A stretch of DNA of 57,709 nt from a virus (Duplodnaviria > Caudoviricetes), in the IMG/VR virus record IMGVR_UViG_3300048585_000089, positions 1 through 57,709 of that record, one strand, 5' to 3'. The position numbers and the translations under genes are program-made. This document shows, one piece after another, positions 37,426 through 46,817 of the stretch. Every line of letters begins with the position of its first letter. Within the stretch, counting starts at the first letter, position 1. A model generated the notes under the pieces. That model was not told the origin of the DNA. It did not search any database and saw nothing but the letters and a program-made list of their open reading frames with translations.

Positions 37426-38190
37426 ATGTCTTATGAAATTCCATTAGAAACACTAACATTTATTGCCGCAGCAGACTTATCGGCAAAAAGGTATTATGGA
37501 GTTAAACTTGACGCAAACGGTCAAGTAGTACTTGCAGGAGACGGCGAAAGCGCTGTCGGTGTATTGCAGAATACTCCGATAAGTGGCGAGGCAGCTCGTG
37601 TTATGACCCTAGGAGTTACATTTGGTGTAGCTGCGGGTAATATTGCCGCTGGAGCTAATGTAGCAATGGATGCTAACGGTAAATTTGTTTCAGCTGGTGG
37701 TGCTGATGCTATTATAGGTACAGCATTGAAATCTGCTGTTGCTGATGATATCTTCTCAGTATTACTCTCCATTAAAGCTTCAACAGGTACAACAGGAATT
37801 GCTGAAGGATTTACTTATATCCAGATCCCAGTAACGTTATCTGAAATGGATAATGTTGAGATTTTGACTGAATTCGTACCAGGGTTTGTAGGAACTATTG
37901 AAGGAATTCAATTCTTAACTACAACACCTACAACAGATGCAGCTGATTCCACTTTCACAGTAACACCTGATATCGGCGGAACACCTACAACTGGTGGCGT
38001 ATTGACACTTGATGTCGGTGTAGCAGGAACTGATCCTGACACTAGAGGTAAAGTAATTGATGGAGCAGCTGTAACAGGACTTAACTCATTCACAGCAGTT
38101 CAAGATATTAGCCTAACTATCAACAATACAGCTAACGCTTTCGCTGATGGTGCTGGTATCATCATATTGAAACTAGCTGTAAATGAATAA
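37426..38190 (+). CDS. Capsid decoration/cement protein (DUF2190-like N-terminus plus extra domain)
   Basis: Position between protease and MCP; Gly/Ala-rich AADL..GVLQN..GE.A.V...G pattern. Confidence 0.7.
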   Translation: MSYEIPLETLTFIAAADLSAKRYYGVKLDANGQVVLAGDGESAVGVLQNTPISGEAARVMTLGVTFGVAAGNIAAGANVAMDANGKFVSAGGADAIIGTALKSAVADDIFSVLLSIKASTGTTGIAEGFTYIQIPVTLSEMDNVEILTEFVPGFVGTIEGIQFLTTTPTTDAADSTFTVTPDIGGTPTTGGVLTLDVGVAGTDPDTRGKVIDGAAVTGLNSFTAVQDISLTINNTANAFADGAGIIILKLAVNE

Positions 38191-38221
38191 TAACAATTAA
38201 AATACGAGAGGAGCGAATTCA

Positions 38222-39199
38222 ATGCCAACAAGACAACAAACACATATAGATAGAGCCTTAACACAAATCAGTGTTAAGTACATGAATGAAGCATCTGTAT
38301 ATATTGCAGCAAAAGTATTCCCAATGGTTCCTGTTATGAAACAATCTGACAGATACTTTATGTACAAAAAAGAAGATTGGTTCAGAGACGATGCAGAGGA
38401 GCGTGCGTTAGGTACGGAATCTGCTGGAGGAGATTATGAGATCGACAATACTCCAACTTATTTCTGTAAAAAATATTCGTACCATAAGGATGTTTTCGAA
38501 GAGGATAGAGCGAATAGTGACGATCCATTAACACCTGATACAGATGCTACTGATTTTGTAACTGATAAATTGTTACTCAGAAGAGAAATTGCATGGGCAG
38601 CTACTTACTTTGTAGCGGGTGTATGGTCAACTGAGTATGATGGAGTAGCAGCAGCTCCTGCAGCAGGTCAATTCCTACAATGGAATGACGCTAGCTCAAC
38701 ACCGATTGAGAATGTTACAGAAGCAGCTACAGCTATCCAAGAAACAACTGGAAAGAGACCTAACAAACTTGTTATTGGTCAAAGAGTGTTCGATGCATTG
38801 AAAAATCATCCCGACATCCTTGACAGAATTAAATATACACAAAAGGGTGTTGTATCTGTAGACCTTTTGGCAATGTTGTTTGAGGTTGATACTGTCCTTA
38901 TTGCTGGAGCAGTTAAAAACACAGCTAAAAAAGGACAAGATGCTTCAATGGGATTTGTCTTCGGCAAATCAGCATTACTTTGCTATACAGTAGCTAGACC
39001 TAGTCTAAAAACTGCTACAGCAGGATACATCTTTGCATGGAAAGGCTTGATGGGAGCAAACGCGTACGGCGGTAGAATAATGAGAATCCCAACACCTCTA
39101 TTAGGTGAAGGAGCAGAAAGAATCGAAGGAGAAATGGCTTGGGACATGAAAGTTGTTGCAGCTGATCTTGGTGCTTTCTTCGCAACAGCGGTAGCTTAA
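38222..39199 (+). CDS. Major capsid protein (HK97 fold, lambda gpE-like)
   Basis: Size and position; LTQISVKY, VFPMVPV, RPNKLVIG..VFDALKNHP. Confidence 0.85.
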   Translation: MPTRQQTHIDRALTQISVKYMNEASVYIAAKVFPMVPVMKQSDRYFMYKKEDWFRDDAEERALGTESAGGDYEIDNTPTYFCKKYSYHKDVFEEDRANSDDPLTPDTDATDFVTDKLLLRREIAWAATYFVAGVWSTEYDGVAAAPAAGQFLQWNDASSTPIENVTEAATAIQETTGKRPNKLVIGQRVFDALKNHPDILDRIKYTQKGVVSVDLLAMLFEVDTVLIAGAVKNTAKKGQDASMGFVFGKSALLCYTVARPSLKTATAGYIFAWKGLMGANAYGGRIMRIPTPLLGEGAERIEGEMAWDMKVVAADLGAFFATAVA

Positions 39200-39585
39200 T
39201 GGTAGTACGCTATCAAGTAGTTCGTGGTAAAGTATTTCATCGTAAGAAGGTTTATGATGTGGGTGAATTTTTACCCACTGACTTTACCGACAGAGATCGT
39301 GCGCGAAATGTGTATTCTAGGCGAATAATTAAGGTAGAGTTAAATGACTCTAAAGAACCAGAAAAGATCGTCGAAGTGGTACCCAATCCAAATATGAATA
39401 AAGAAGAAATACCTAACACGAGTGAATTAAAGGACAAAGAAGTTGTTACTAAAGCTCCCACAGTAATAACAACAGAAACAAATAGTAAAGTAAGTCCAAT
39501 TGTTAAAAAAGTTTGGAAAGATCCTGACGTAAAAGAAATTGCTAAAAAACCTTGGGCATCTAACAAACCAAAAAACAACAAATAG
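39199..39585 (+). CDS. Hypothetical head-associated protein
   Basis: Coupled to MCP stop; low-complexity C-terminus. Confidence 0.55.
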   Translation: MVVRYQVVRGKVFHRKKVYDVGEFLPTDFTDRDRARNVYSRRIIKVELNDSKEPEKIVEVVPNPNMNKEEIPNTSELKDKEVVTKAPTVITTETNSKVSPIVKKVWKDPDVKEIAKKPWASNKPKNNK

Positions 39586-39681
39586 TGTAAATAGTATCAA
39601 GAGGGGTTTATTCATCGCGGACAATATGTTCCTTTGTTTCTTAAACCCCAACTGGTACGTCTGGAAGGAGGCTGATAATTC

Positions 39682-40083
39682 ATGGCATTCACGTATGACG
39701 AAACGCAACTAAGTACTAGTACATTGTATCAAGTTCGTTTCACTATTGGTGATACTGATGTTGATGATCCTCTGCTACAAGATGAAGAAATAGAGTATGT
39801 TATAACGCAGAAAGGCACGGTATTAGCTTCTAGTATAGCTTGTTGCGAATCTATTTCAGCTAAATTTGCTAGAAAGGTAGATTATACTTTAGGGCCTTAC
39901 TCAATCAAAGCTAGCCAGAAAGCGAAACTATACAAGCAATTAGCTTCAGATTTGAGATCTAGTGGTGTTAGCAATACAGGATTTCCTATCTATACCGGAC
40001 CCCCTGAAGGGACTGTCATTTTTGATATTGATATGATGAATTATGCACCAGGTAATCATATTTCTTCAGATACGGAGGATTAA
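39682..40083 (+). CDS. Head-tail adaptor
   Basis: QVRFTIGDTD...LLQDEEI motif; position. Confidence 0.7.
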   Translation: MAFTYDETQLSTSTLYQVRFTIGDTDVDDPLLQDEEIEYVITQKGTVLASSIACCESISAKFARKVDYTLGPYSIKASQKAKLYKQLASDLRSSGVSNTGFPIYTGPPEGTVIFDIDMMNYAPGNHISSDTED

Positions 40084-40085
40084 TT

Positions 40086-40412
40086 ATGGATGCAGGAGTA
40101 ATTCGAGATATGATGCAAACTCCTTATATGTGGGAGGCCTTAATAAATATTTCAGGTGCAGGTGATAAGACTTATGATACTCCGGTAGCTTTTAAAGGTT
40201 ACCCTGTTATAAAACAACAACTAGTAGCTGATGTTAATGGTGAGCAAAGATATTCAACTACTCAAGTTTTTATTGCTTCGCATGATATAGCCTTAATGGT
40301 TGAGGGTGATAATATTATAGAAGTATCCAGTGTTAAAAGTTATCCCGTTTTAAAAAGAGACTTTTATTATAGAAGAAATGGTATATTAGATTACGGGGTG
40401 ATCTATATATGA
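40086..40412 (+). CDS. Head closure / head-tail joining protein
   Basis: Position and size in neck gene block. Confidence 0.55.
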   Translation: MDAGVIRDMMQTPYMWEALINISGAGDKTYDTPVAFKGYPVIKQQLVADVNGEQRYSTTQVFIASHDIALMVEGDNIIEVSSVKSYPVLKRDFYYRRNGILDYGVIYI

Positions 40413-40897
40413 ATAAAAGAATACGTTTTTCTATGGATAAAAAATCACTTAGAACATTTGGGCAAAATCTTAACAAGGTAAGTAGAATAGCTTTAACAGC
40501 TGCTTATTATACTTTAGATGATTTAGCTGACTTAGTTCTTTCAGAATCGAAGGATAAAACTCCAGTAGATACACGTGCTTTAAAATCTAGTGCTTTTATG
40601 GAAAGTGAAATGTTTCCTAATAAGGTTGTGGCTCATGTAGGTTATGGGGGTAAATATAATAAATTAAATCCTAAAACCTTTAAATGGACTGATTCATATG
40701 CAGTTGATGTACATGAGATACAATCAGTCGGTAATGTAGCAAGTAAACCGGGCACTACATGGAAATTTCTAGAAAAAGCTATAAATGAAGTAAATCCCAT
40801 TTTTGTAAGTCTATTAGGAGAAGGAATAACGGCGGCTCTTAATAAGTCTAATGAGATGAAAATTCAGAAAAGTATTGGTAGTTTTTATCGTTCTTAA
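40409..40897 (+). CDS. HK97 gp10-like neck/tail completion protein
   Basis: TPVDTRALKSS, YAVDVHE, KFLEKA. Confidence 0.7.
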   Translation: MNKRIRFSMDKKSLRTFGQNLNKVSRIALTAAYYTLDDLADLVLSESKDKTPVDTRALKSSAFMESEMFPNKVVAHVGYGGKYNKLNPKTFKWTDSYAVDVHEIQSVGNVASKPGTTWKFLEKAINEVNPIFVSLLGEGITAALNKSNEMKIQKSIGSFYRS

Positions 40898-40903
40898 AGG
40901 GAG

Positions 40904-41647
40904 GTGTTTAATATAAATACTCTATTAAAAGATCTTGTAGATTGGATAATAGCTGAAGGATTAGCTACATCAGAGGGTATTGATATTTTTAGAGATTTTT
41001 CTCCGGTTAATCCGGATAATGTAATAGTATTACAAGAGTATGATTCTATATTATCACCCCTTAAAGGAAATGAAGCTGCTGTGCGTTATGTACAAATATT
41101 TGTACGTAACACAACTGCTAGTGTAGCAAAAAGTAAATGTGACTTACTATTTAAATTATTTATGCGTCCTGAAGAATCTTTTACAGAATTACCCTCGGGC
41201 CGAATAATTTTAACTTCACCTAAAAATGCACCATTTAAATTATCAGTAGATTTACCTAAAACTACATATGCTTTTAATGTAGCTATAACAACAAATACTG
41301 ATATTGCAGTAATTGCTGATAATACGGCACCTATATTAGATAGTATTATTCCTTTAGCTGATTCAACTGATGTATCAATAGATACTCAAATTATTTGTAC
41401 TTTTAATGAACCTATAGATTTAAATACTATTAGGGCATCAAATATCTTTTTAACAAAAGTAGATACAGGTGAAGTTGTAGATGGTATTCTTACTTTAAGT
41501 ACTAATAAATTAGTGGTTACTTTTCAGCCAACAAATGATTTGCTAAATAGTATAAAATATCGTATAATGCTTACTACTAATATTCGTGATATTGCTGGTA
41601 ATAGTTTAGCGGCAATAACTAATAGTGACTTCACGACAGTAGTATAA
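40904..41647 (+). CDS. Tail terminator-like protein with C-terminal Ig-like (Big_5) domain
   Basis: VQIFVRN motif, position; DNTAP...P..S.DV...I..TFNEPID..TI...DIAGN. Confidence 0.65.
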   Translation: MFNINTLLKDLVDWIIAEGLATSEGIDIFRDFSPVNPDNVIVLQEYDSILSPLKGNEAAVRYVQIFVRNTTASVAKSKCDLLFKLFMRPEESFTELPSGRIILTSPKNAPFKLSVDLPKTTYAFNVAITTNTDIAVIADNTAPILDSIIPLADSTDVSIDTQIICTFNEPIDLNTIRASNIFLTKVDTGEVVDGILTLSTNKLVVTFQPTNDLLNSIKYRIMLTTNIRDIAGNSLAAITNSDFTTVV

Positions 41648-41681
41648 AAAAAAAAATAATTAATGGAAGGGATGGTATAAC

Positions 41682-42569
41682 ATGTCTGTACAAATCGGAT
41701 TATCACATCTATATTATGCATTACTAATAACGGATCCAATTGGAGGTACGCCTACTTATGCGACTCCAGTAAGAATAGCCAACGCTATAATGGCTAATGT
41801 TAATCCTAATACAAATTCAGAAACTCTGTTTGCTGATGATGGCCCAAGTGAAGTAGCTACTACTTTAGGTAATATTGATCTTGAAATCAATGTTGCTGAC
41901 TTAGACTTAGATACACAAGCAGCTATACTAGGACATACTATAAGTGCTGGTGTGTTATTTAGAAAAGCAGCTGATACACCGCCATGGCTTGCAATAGGAT
42001 TTAAATCCCTCAAATCTAATGGTAAATATAGATATACCTGGCTTGCTAAAGGTAAATTCCAATTACAAGAACAAGCTAATGAAACAAAAGGAGATACTAT
42101 TAATTTCCAAACACCAACAATTAATGGTTCTTTTGTAAAAAGAGATTCAGATGATGAATGGGAAAGACATATTGATGAAGATCATATTGATTATGTAGCT
42201 TCAATGGGTACTAATTGGTTTACAAGCCCACTACAGACATCAGATAGTACTCCACCAACAGTTGATTCTTTTTCACCATTGGATGGTGCCGTTGGTGTGG
42301 CTGTTGATGTAGAACCTGTAATTACTTTTGATGAACCTATGGCCTTATCAACGTTGACTACAGATAATATATTCCTTACAGTTGTATCAACTGGTGCTCC
42401 TGTAGCTATAACTTTAGCGGTTGATGCTGCTAGAGAAGTAGTAACAATCACCCCTGATGCAAATTTGACTGGAAGTACAGAATATCGTATAAATATTACT
42501 ACAGCGGTGAAAGATATTTATGGCAATGCTTTAGCAGCTCATAATCATGCTGAATTTACTACGATATAA
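41682..42569 (+). CDS. Major tail tube protein (phi13 family) with C-terminal Ig-like (Big_5) domain
   Basis: IGLSHLYYA, LFADDG, AIGF..G.YRYTWL.KGKF, ETKGD.I.FQT; DSTPPTV..TFDEPM..KDIYGN. Confidence 0.88.
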   Translation: MSVQIGLSHLYYALLITDPIGGTPTYATPVRIANAIMANVNPNTNSETLFADDGPSEVATTLGNIDLEINVADLDLDTQAAILGHTISAGVLFRKAADTPPWLAIGFKSLKSNGKYRYTWLAKGKFQLQEQANETKGDTINFQTPTINGSFVKRDSDDEWERHIDEDHIDYVASMGTNWFTSPLQTSDSTPPTVDSFSPLDGAVGVAVDVEPVITFDEPMALSTLTTDNIFLTVVSTGAPVAITLAVDAAREVVTITPDANLTGSTEYRINITTAVKDIYGNALAAHNHAEFTTI

Positions 42570-42588
42570 TAAAACAAATTAAAGGAGA

Positions 42589-43068
42589 ATGGCTATGGCA
42601 CAAGTAAACGATGTAAAAAATCTAAATGGACAAAAAATCACAATGGGCGGAAAATTACGTACTATTAAGTATGACTTAAATGCTTATGCTGAATTAGAAA
42701 ATAGATATGGTTCAGTCGAGACGGCAATGGCTGAATTAAAAACAGGTAAGATTGGTTCAATAAAAGTTATTTTATGGGCGGGTCTTATCCATGAAGAAGC
42801 TAATATAGATGAAATAACTGGTGAACCAACATCATACAATATGACTCCTTATGAAGTAGGTAGTTGGATTGATACAAGTATGATTGGAGAAGTAACAGAC
42901 TTAATGACTAGGGCTTTAACTAAAGCATTACCTGAAGAAGAAAAAGAACAAAAAGTATTAGCTGTTAAGGAAGAAATCAAAAATAATCTTATCAAGATTG
43001 CTAAAGTTGTTTACACAGAAGAAGATAAAAAAGCTTTAGCAGAATTAGAAGAGGAAAAAAAAGGCTAA
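42589..43068 (+). CDS. Tail assembly chaperone (gpG-like)
   Basis: Between tube and tape measure; YDLNAYAELENRYG; ends at slippery A-run. Confidence 0.8.
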   Translation: MAMAQVNDVKNLNGQKITMGGKLRTIKYDLNAYAELENRYGSVETAMAELKTGKIGSIKVILWAGLIHEEANIDEITGEPTSYNMTPYEVGSWIDTSMIGEVTDLMTRALTKALPEEEKEQKVLAVKEEIKNNLIKIAKVVYTEEDKKALAELEEEKKG

Positions 43069-43277
43069 AGGCAATGATTGACAAATCAACAGATACCAGT
43101 AGTGCTTGGGATTGGCCTCTATTATTTTACGTGGGAACAGTTTTATTAAATATGTCACCAGCTTATTTTTGGAGTTGTACCCCACGTAAATTAAATTTGT
43201 TAAGTAAACAACATATTGAATTAAACTCAAAAAAGACAAATAGTAATAATTTAAGATATATAGATCAGGTTTTATAA
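43056..43277 (+). CDS. Tail assembly chaperone C-terminal extension (gpT-like, -1 frameshift)
   Basis: A AAA AAA at 43056-43062; -1 frame open into WDW..L.MSP..FW..TP motif. Confidence 0.72.
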   Translation, partial: KKRLKAMIDKSTDTSSAWDWPLLFYVGTVLLNMSPAYFWSCTPRKLNLLSKQHIELNSKKTNSNNLRYIDQVL

Positions 43278-43289
43278 GGAGGAGAAGCT

Positions 43290-46200
43290 ATGTCACTTAA
43301 TGTGGGTAGTTTGTGGTCAAGTCTCTCCCTTGACTTAACGCCTTTTATGCAGAGTTTATCTAGAGCACAAGCAGCAGCGGTAACTGCGGGTAATTCTATG
43401 GAAAGAGCTTTTGGTTCTGGGCTTAATGCTAATATGGCTAATACAAGTAGAAATATCCAAGCTATGGGCGCCTCTGTAAATGGGGCTCTGGGAGCCAACT
43501 TACGCAACTCGGCACGTAATGTTAGAGATTTAGGTACAGCCGTAAATAATGCTGTAGGTACTAATATGCTACGCCCAATACAAAATACTGGGGGTGCTGT
43601 TACTAGAACTATTGCAGGTATTAATAATGGATTAAAAGATTTTAGAAGAATAGTAGCAGGTATTCTAGTATCACAAACTTTTTATGCTATACTTACAAAT
43701 ATTCAACAATCGACTAAAGCGGTTTTTGATTTTAATTCTAGTATGGAACAGGCGCAAGCATCATTTACTCGATTAATGGGCAGTGCTGAACAAGCAACAA
43801 CATTTATAAATATTATGCAAGACTTTGCCGCATTGACACCTTTTTCTGTAAATCAAACCCTTGACATGTCTAGAAGAATGTTGGCAATGGGATTTGAGGC
43901 ACGTAGTTTAAAATCAGTTATGACCTCAATTACCGATGCTACGGCAGCCATGGGTGGAGATGCACAAAAATTTGATAGAATTGTTCTGGCTTTAGGTCAG
44001 ATTAAAACAAATGGGAAACTAGCAGGGCAGGAAGTAAGACAATTAGCCGAGGCGGGTATTCCCATTAGAACTATTCTCAGAGAAGAATTGAATTTAACAA
44101 AAGAACAGGTTGCTAATATAGGAAAATTAGGTATTTCAGGTGAAACAGCTGTAGGTGCTATTTTAAAAGGCATGGATAAGCGTTATAAAGGAATGAATGC
44201 TATTATAGCTGAAACCACAGGCGGAATGATTACCACTATAAAAGATGATTTGCTTATTATAGGAGGAGCTTTATCAAAAGGTCTCTTCGATAGTATAAGT
44301 GGTACTACTAAAAAAATAAGAGATGCCTTAGAGACGATGAGAAAAGAAATACGTGAAAGAGGTTTAATTGGAATTATTACAGGTTTATTTCCACCTAAAT
44401 TATATGTTGCTGTACAAAGCTTTATAGGTGGTTTACAGATGTTGGGCAAGGCTTTCAAAATATTATATGATGCAGCGAAACCTATAATAGCTATCATAGC
44501 AGAAGGTATTTTACGAGCTTTAGCTGTTGTCGTACCAGTTGTAGCTCAAGTAATTCTTGTTCTTGCGCGCCTGACTAGAGCCTTTATAGAAAATGTACCA
44601 GGAGTTAAACTTTTTATATCCGCCTTAACTGGGTTATTAATAGCTAATCTAGTAGGACGAGCTTTATACACACTATGGACTATCATAGGCTTAGGTAGTA
44701 TTGCTATGCGGATATCCAAAGCAGTAACTGCATTAAAGGTATCTATTCAAGGATTATATATAGCTCTAGCGAAAAATCCTTTAATAGCTCTTGTGACAGT
44801 TTTAGCTGGTTCTCTTCTAGCTTTAGCTCTTTCTTCGGAAACTGTTTCTAAATGGTTAGATCAAGTGTGGATAAGATTAGCAAAACTTGCAGGATATAAT
44901 TTAAGTGATACTTTAAAAACAGGCGATTTGGATAAAGATAAGAAAGAATTAGAAGCTTTCTTGGCTGAATTTGAAGCTTTAGGTGATGGTGCTGAAGATG
45001 CTGATAGTAAGATTAAAAAGTTTCTTGCTTCCTTTGATGAAGTTTTTGCGATTCCAGATGATTTGGATGATTTAGGCAGTTTATTTAAGGATATAACACC
45101 CCCAAAATTAGATGATATAGTAATTGATGATAGTGATCTCAAGGATGATTTAGATAATCTTTTAGATGATAAGGAAGATGATTTTAAGAAAAATTTTGCT
45201 GTTAGTTTAAACTTTCCTAATTTTCCTTTAATGGGAGTTATGGTAACTACTATTTTAGAAACTATTGAAACATTAATTAAGAAAATAAAAGCAGCTACTC
45301 CAATAAGTATACCAGTAGTTATTCTTGGTTTTGCTGCAGCCTCTTTAGCCGAAATAGCTGAGCAAATATCTGCAATACCTAAACAGATAGCTATTAATAT
45401 TCTTATGGCAGCTCCATCTATAGTAGAAGTTTTAAATGCATTGGAATTAATCCCACAACTAATATATGTATCCGTACAGGCTTTAACTCCGTCAATGAGC
45501 GATGTATTAGCTGCTTTAAAACTAATCCCTACAACAATAGATATTGCGGTAAAAGTATTAACTCCAGTAGTAGATGGTGTATTATCCGCCTTAAAACTAA
45601 TTCCTCTTATAATTGAAGTATCGGTACTATTAGTTTGGGAAACACAAGCGAGATTGCTAGAGTCCTTTAGAATCTATGTACTTGATCCGGTTACTACCGC
45701 TATGAATAAAGTTTGGGTTGCTATAACGGATATTTTTGATGATGTTGTAACTTGGTTATCTCAAGACTGGGTAAAAGATCTTGGTATTGCTATAGCAATC
45801 GGGATAGCCGCCATTGCAGCGGCTTTCTTATTGGCTCCTGTTGAAGTAGCTGCCGCAATTGGGGCTTTTACAGCAGGTATATTAGTATTCTTTACAACTC
45901 TTTGGACAGATATACAACCATCTTCAGCTGTAGGAGAAGATCTTGCAGATAATATGGATAATAATGTACTAAAGCCATCAGAGAAAAAAGTTGACTCTTG
46001 GGGAACAAGTCTAAAAAAGAAATTTTCAGGTATTTGGCAGGGTATTTTAGATATCTTCAACAAGGCTTTAGGTAATTTATCAGACACAAAAGTAACAGTA
46101 AATCAACCGACGCCTAAAGGTTTTTCTCCTGAGGTAAAGAACTTACTTTCTTTTACACCGATATCAATGCTCGCAGATGGTGGGATTGTAAATAAAGATT

Positions 46201-46442
46201 CTTTAATACGTGCTGGTGAAGGAAATAGGGCTGAAGCTGTAATTCCTCTTAATGGACCATCTATCGCGCGGATAGCAGATGCTTTATTAAGTAAGATGAA
46301 TCCCCCCACTGGTACGTCTGATGCTACAACAAATTATTTTTCAATTGGTACTTTAATTGGTGATGATAGAAGTATAACTCTATTAGAACGTAGATTAAAT
46401 GCAGTAAGAATAAAAGAAGATTATAGAAGGGGGTTAGTTTAA
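43290..46442 (+). CDS. Tape measure protein
   Basis: 1050 aa; FAALTPF, ALGQIK..GKL.GQEVRQL; hydrophobic helices; LADGGIV..GEG..EAVIPL. Confidence 0.92.
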   Translation: MSLNVGSLWSSLSLDLTPFMQSLSRAQAAAVTAGNSMERAFGSGLNANMANTSRNIQAMGASVNGALGANLRNSARNVRDLGTAVNNAVGTNMLRPIQNTGGAVTRTIAGINNGLKDFRRIVAGILVSQTFYAILTNIQQSTKAVFDFNSSMEQAQASFTRLMGSAEQATTFINIMQDFAALTPFSVNQTLDMSRRMLAMGFEARSLKSVMTSITDATAAMGGDAQKFDRIVLALGQIKTNGKLAGQEVRQLAEAGIPIRTILREELNLTKEQVANIGKLGISGETAVGAILKGMDKRYKGMNAIIAETTGGMITTIKDDLLIIGGALSKGLFDSISGTTKKIRDALETMRKEIRERGLIGIITGLFPPKLYVAVQSFIGGLQMLGKAFKILYDAAKPIIAIIAEGILRALAVVVPVVAQVILVLARLTRAFIENVPGVKLFISALTGLLIANLVGRALYTLWTIIGLGSIAMRISKAVTALKVSIQGLYIALAKNPLIALVTVLAGSLLALALSSETVSKWLDQVWIRLAKLAGYNLSDTLKTGDLDKDKKELEAFLAEFEALGDGAEDADSKIKKFLASFDEVFAIPDDLDDLGSLFKDITPPKLDDIVIDDSDLKDDLDNLLDDKEDDFKKNFAVSLNFPNFPLMGVMVTTILETIETLIKKIKAATPISIPVVILGFAAASLAEIAEQISAIPKQIAINILMAAPSIVEVLNALELIPQLIYVSVQALTPSMSDVLAALKLIPTTIDIAVKVLTPVVDGVLSALKLIPLIIEVSVLLVWETQARLLESFRIYVLDPVTTAMNKVWVAITDIFDDVVTWLSQDWVKDLGIAIAIGIAAIAAAFLLAPVEVAAAIGAFTAGILVFFTTLWTDIQPSSAVGEDLADNMDNNVLKPSEKKVDSWGTSLKKKFSGIWQGILDIFNKALGNLSDTKVTVNQPTPKGFSPEVKNLLSFTPISMLADGGIVNKDSLIRAGEGNRAEAVIPLNGPSIARIADALLSKMNPPTGTSDATTNYFSIGTLIGDDRSITLLERRLNAVRIKEDYRRGLV

Positions 46443-46807
46443 TGCCTACCTATCCAATTAAAATAAATGGTATTACCATTAAAACACCTAGGCCCGTTAA
46501 TATATCTAGATTTAATCTAACTAAAGCTAATAGAGTAGCTTCTGGATTAATGAGTATGCGCCTAATAGCAAAAAAAGTGAAATTATTTTTTAAATACCCT
46601 GCCATAACAGGATCTGACTTAAAAACAATATTAGATTTAATTGATACCAGTGCAATGTTTTTTAATGTCACTTACCATGAAACTGATGGAACAGAAACAA
46701 CTAAAATATTTTATGTAGGTGAAATATCTCAGCAATTACAAAGAAGAGGTTATATATCTGATGATTCTGTTTGGAAGGATGTAGAATTTAATTTTATTGA
46801 ACAGTAG
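46442..46807 (+). CDS. Distal tail-like protein (DUF6711-like)
   Basis: After TMP; R.ASG.M...IAKK, FYVG, W.DV.FNFIEQ. Confidence 0.7.
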   Translation: MPTYPIKINGITIKTPRPVNISRFNLTKANRVASGLMSMRLIAKKVKLFFKYPAITGSDLKTILDLIDTSAMFFNVTYHETDGTETTKIFYVGEISQQLQRRGYISDDSVWKDVEFNFIEQ

Positions 46808-46817
46808 GTGAAAAAAA

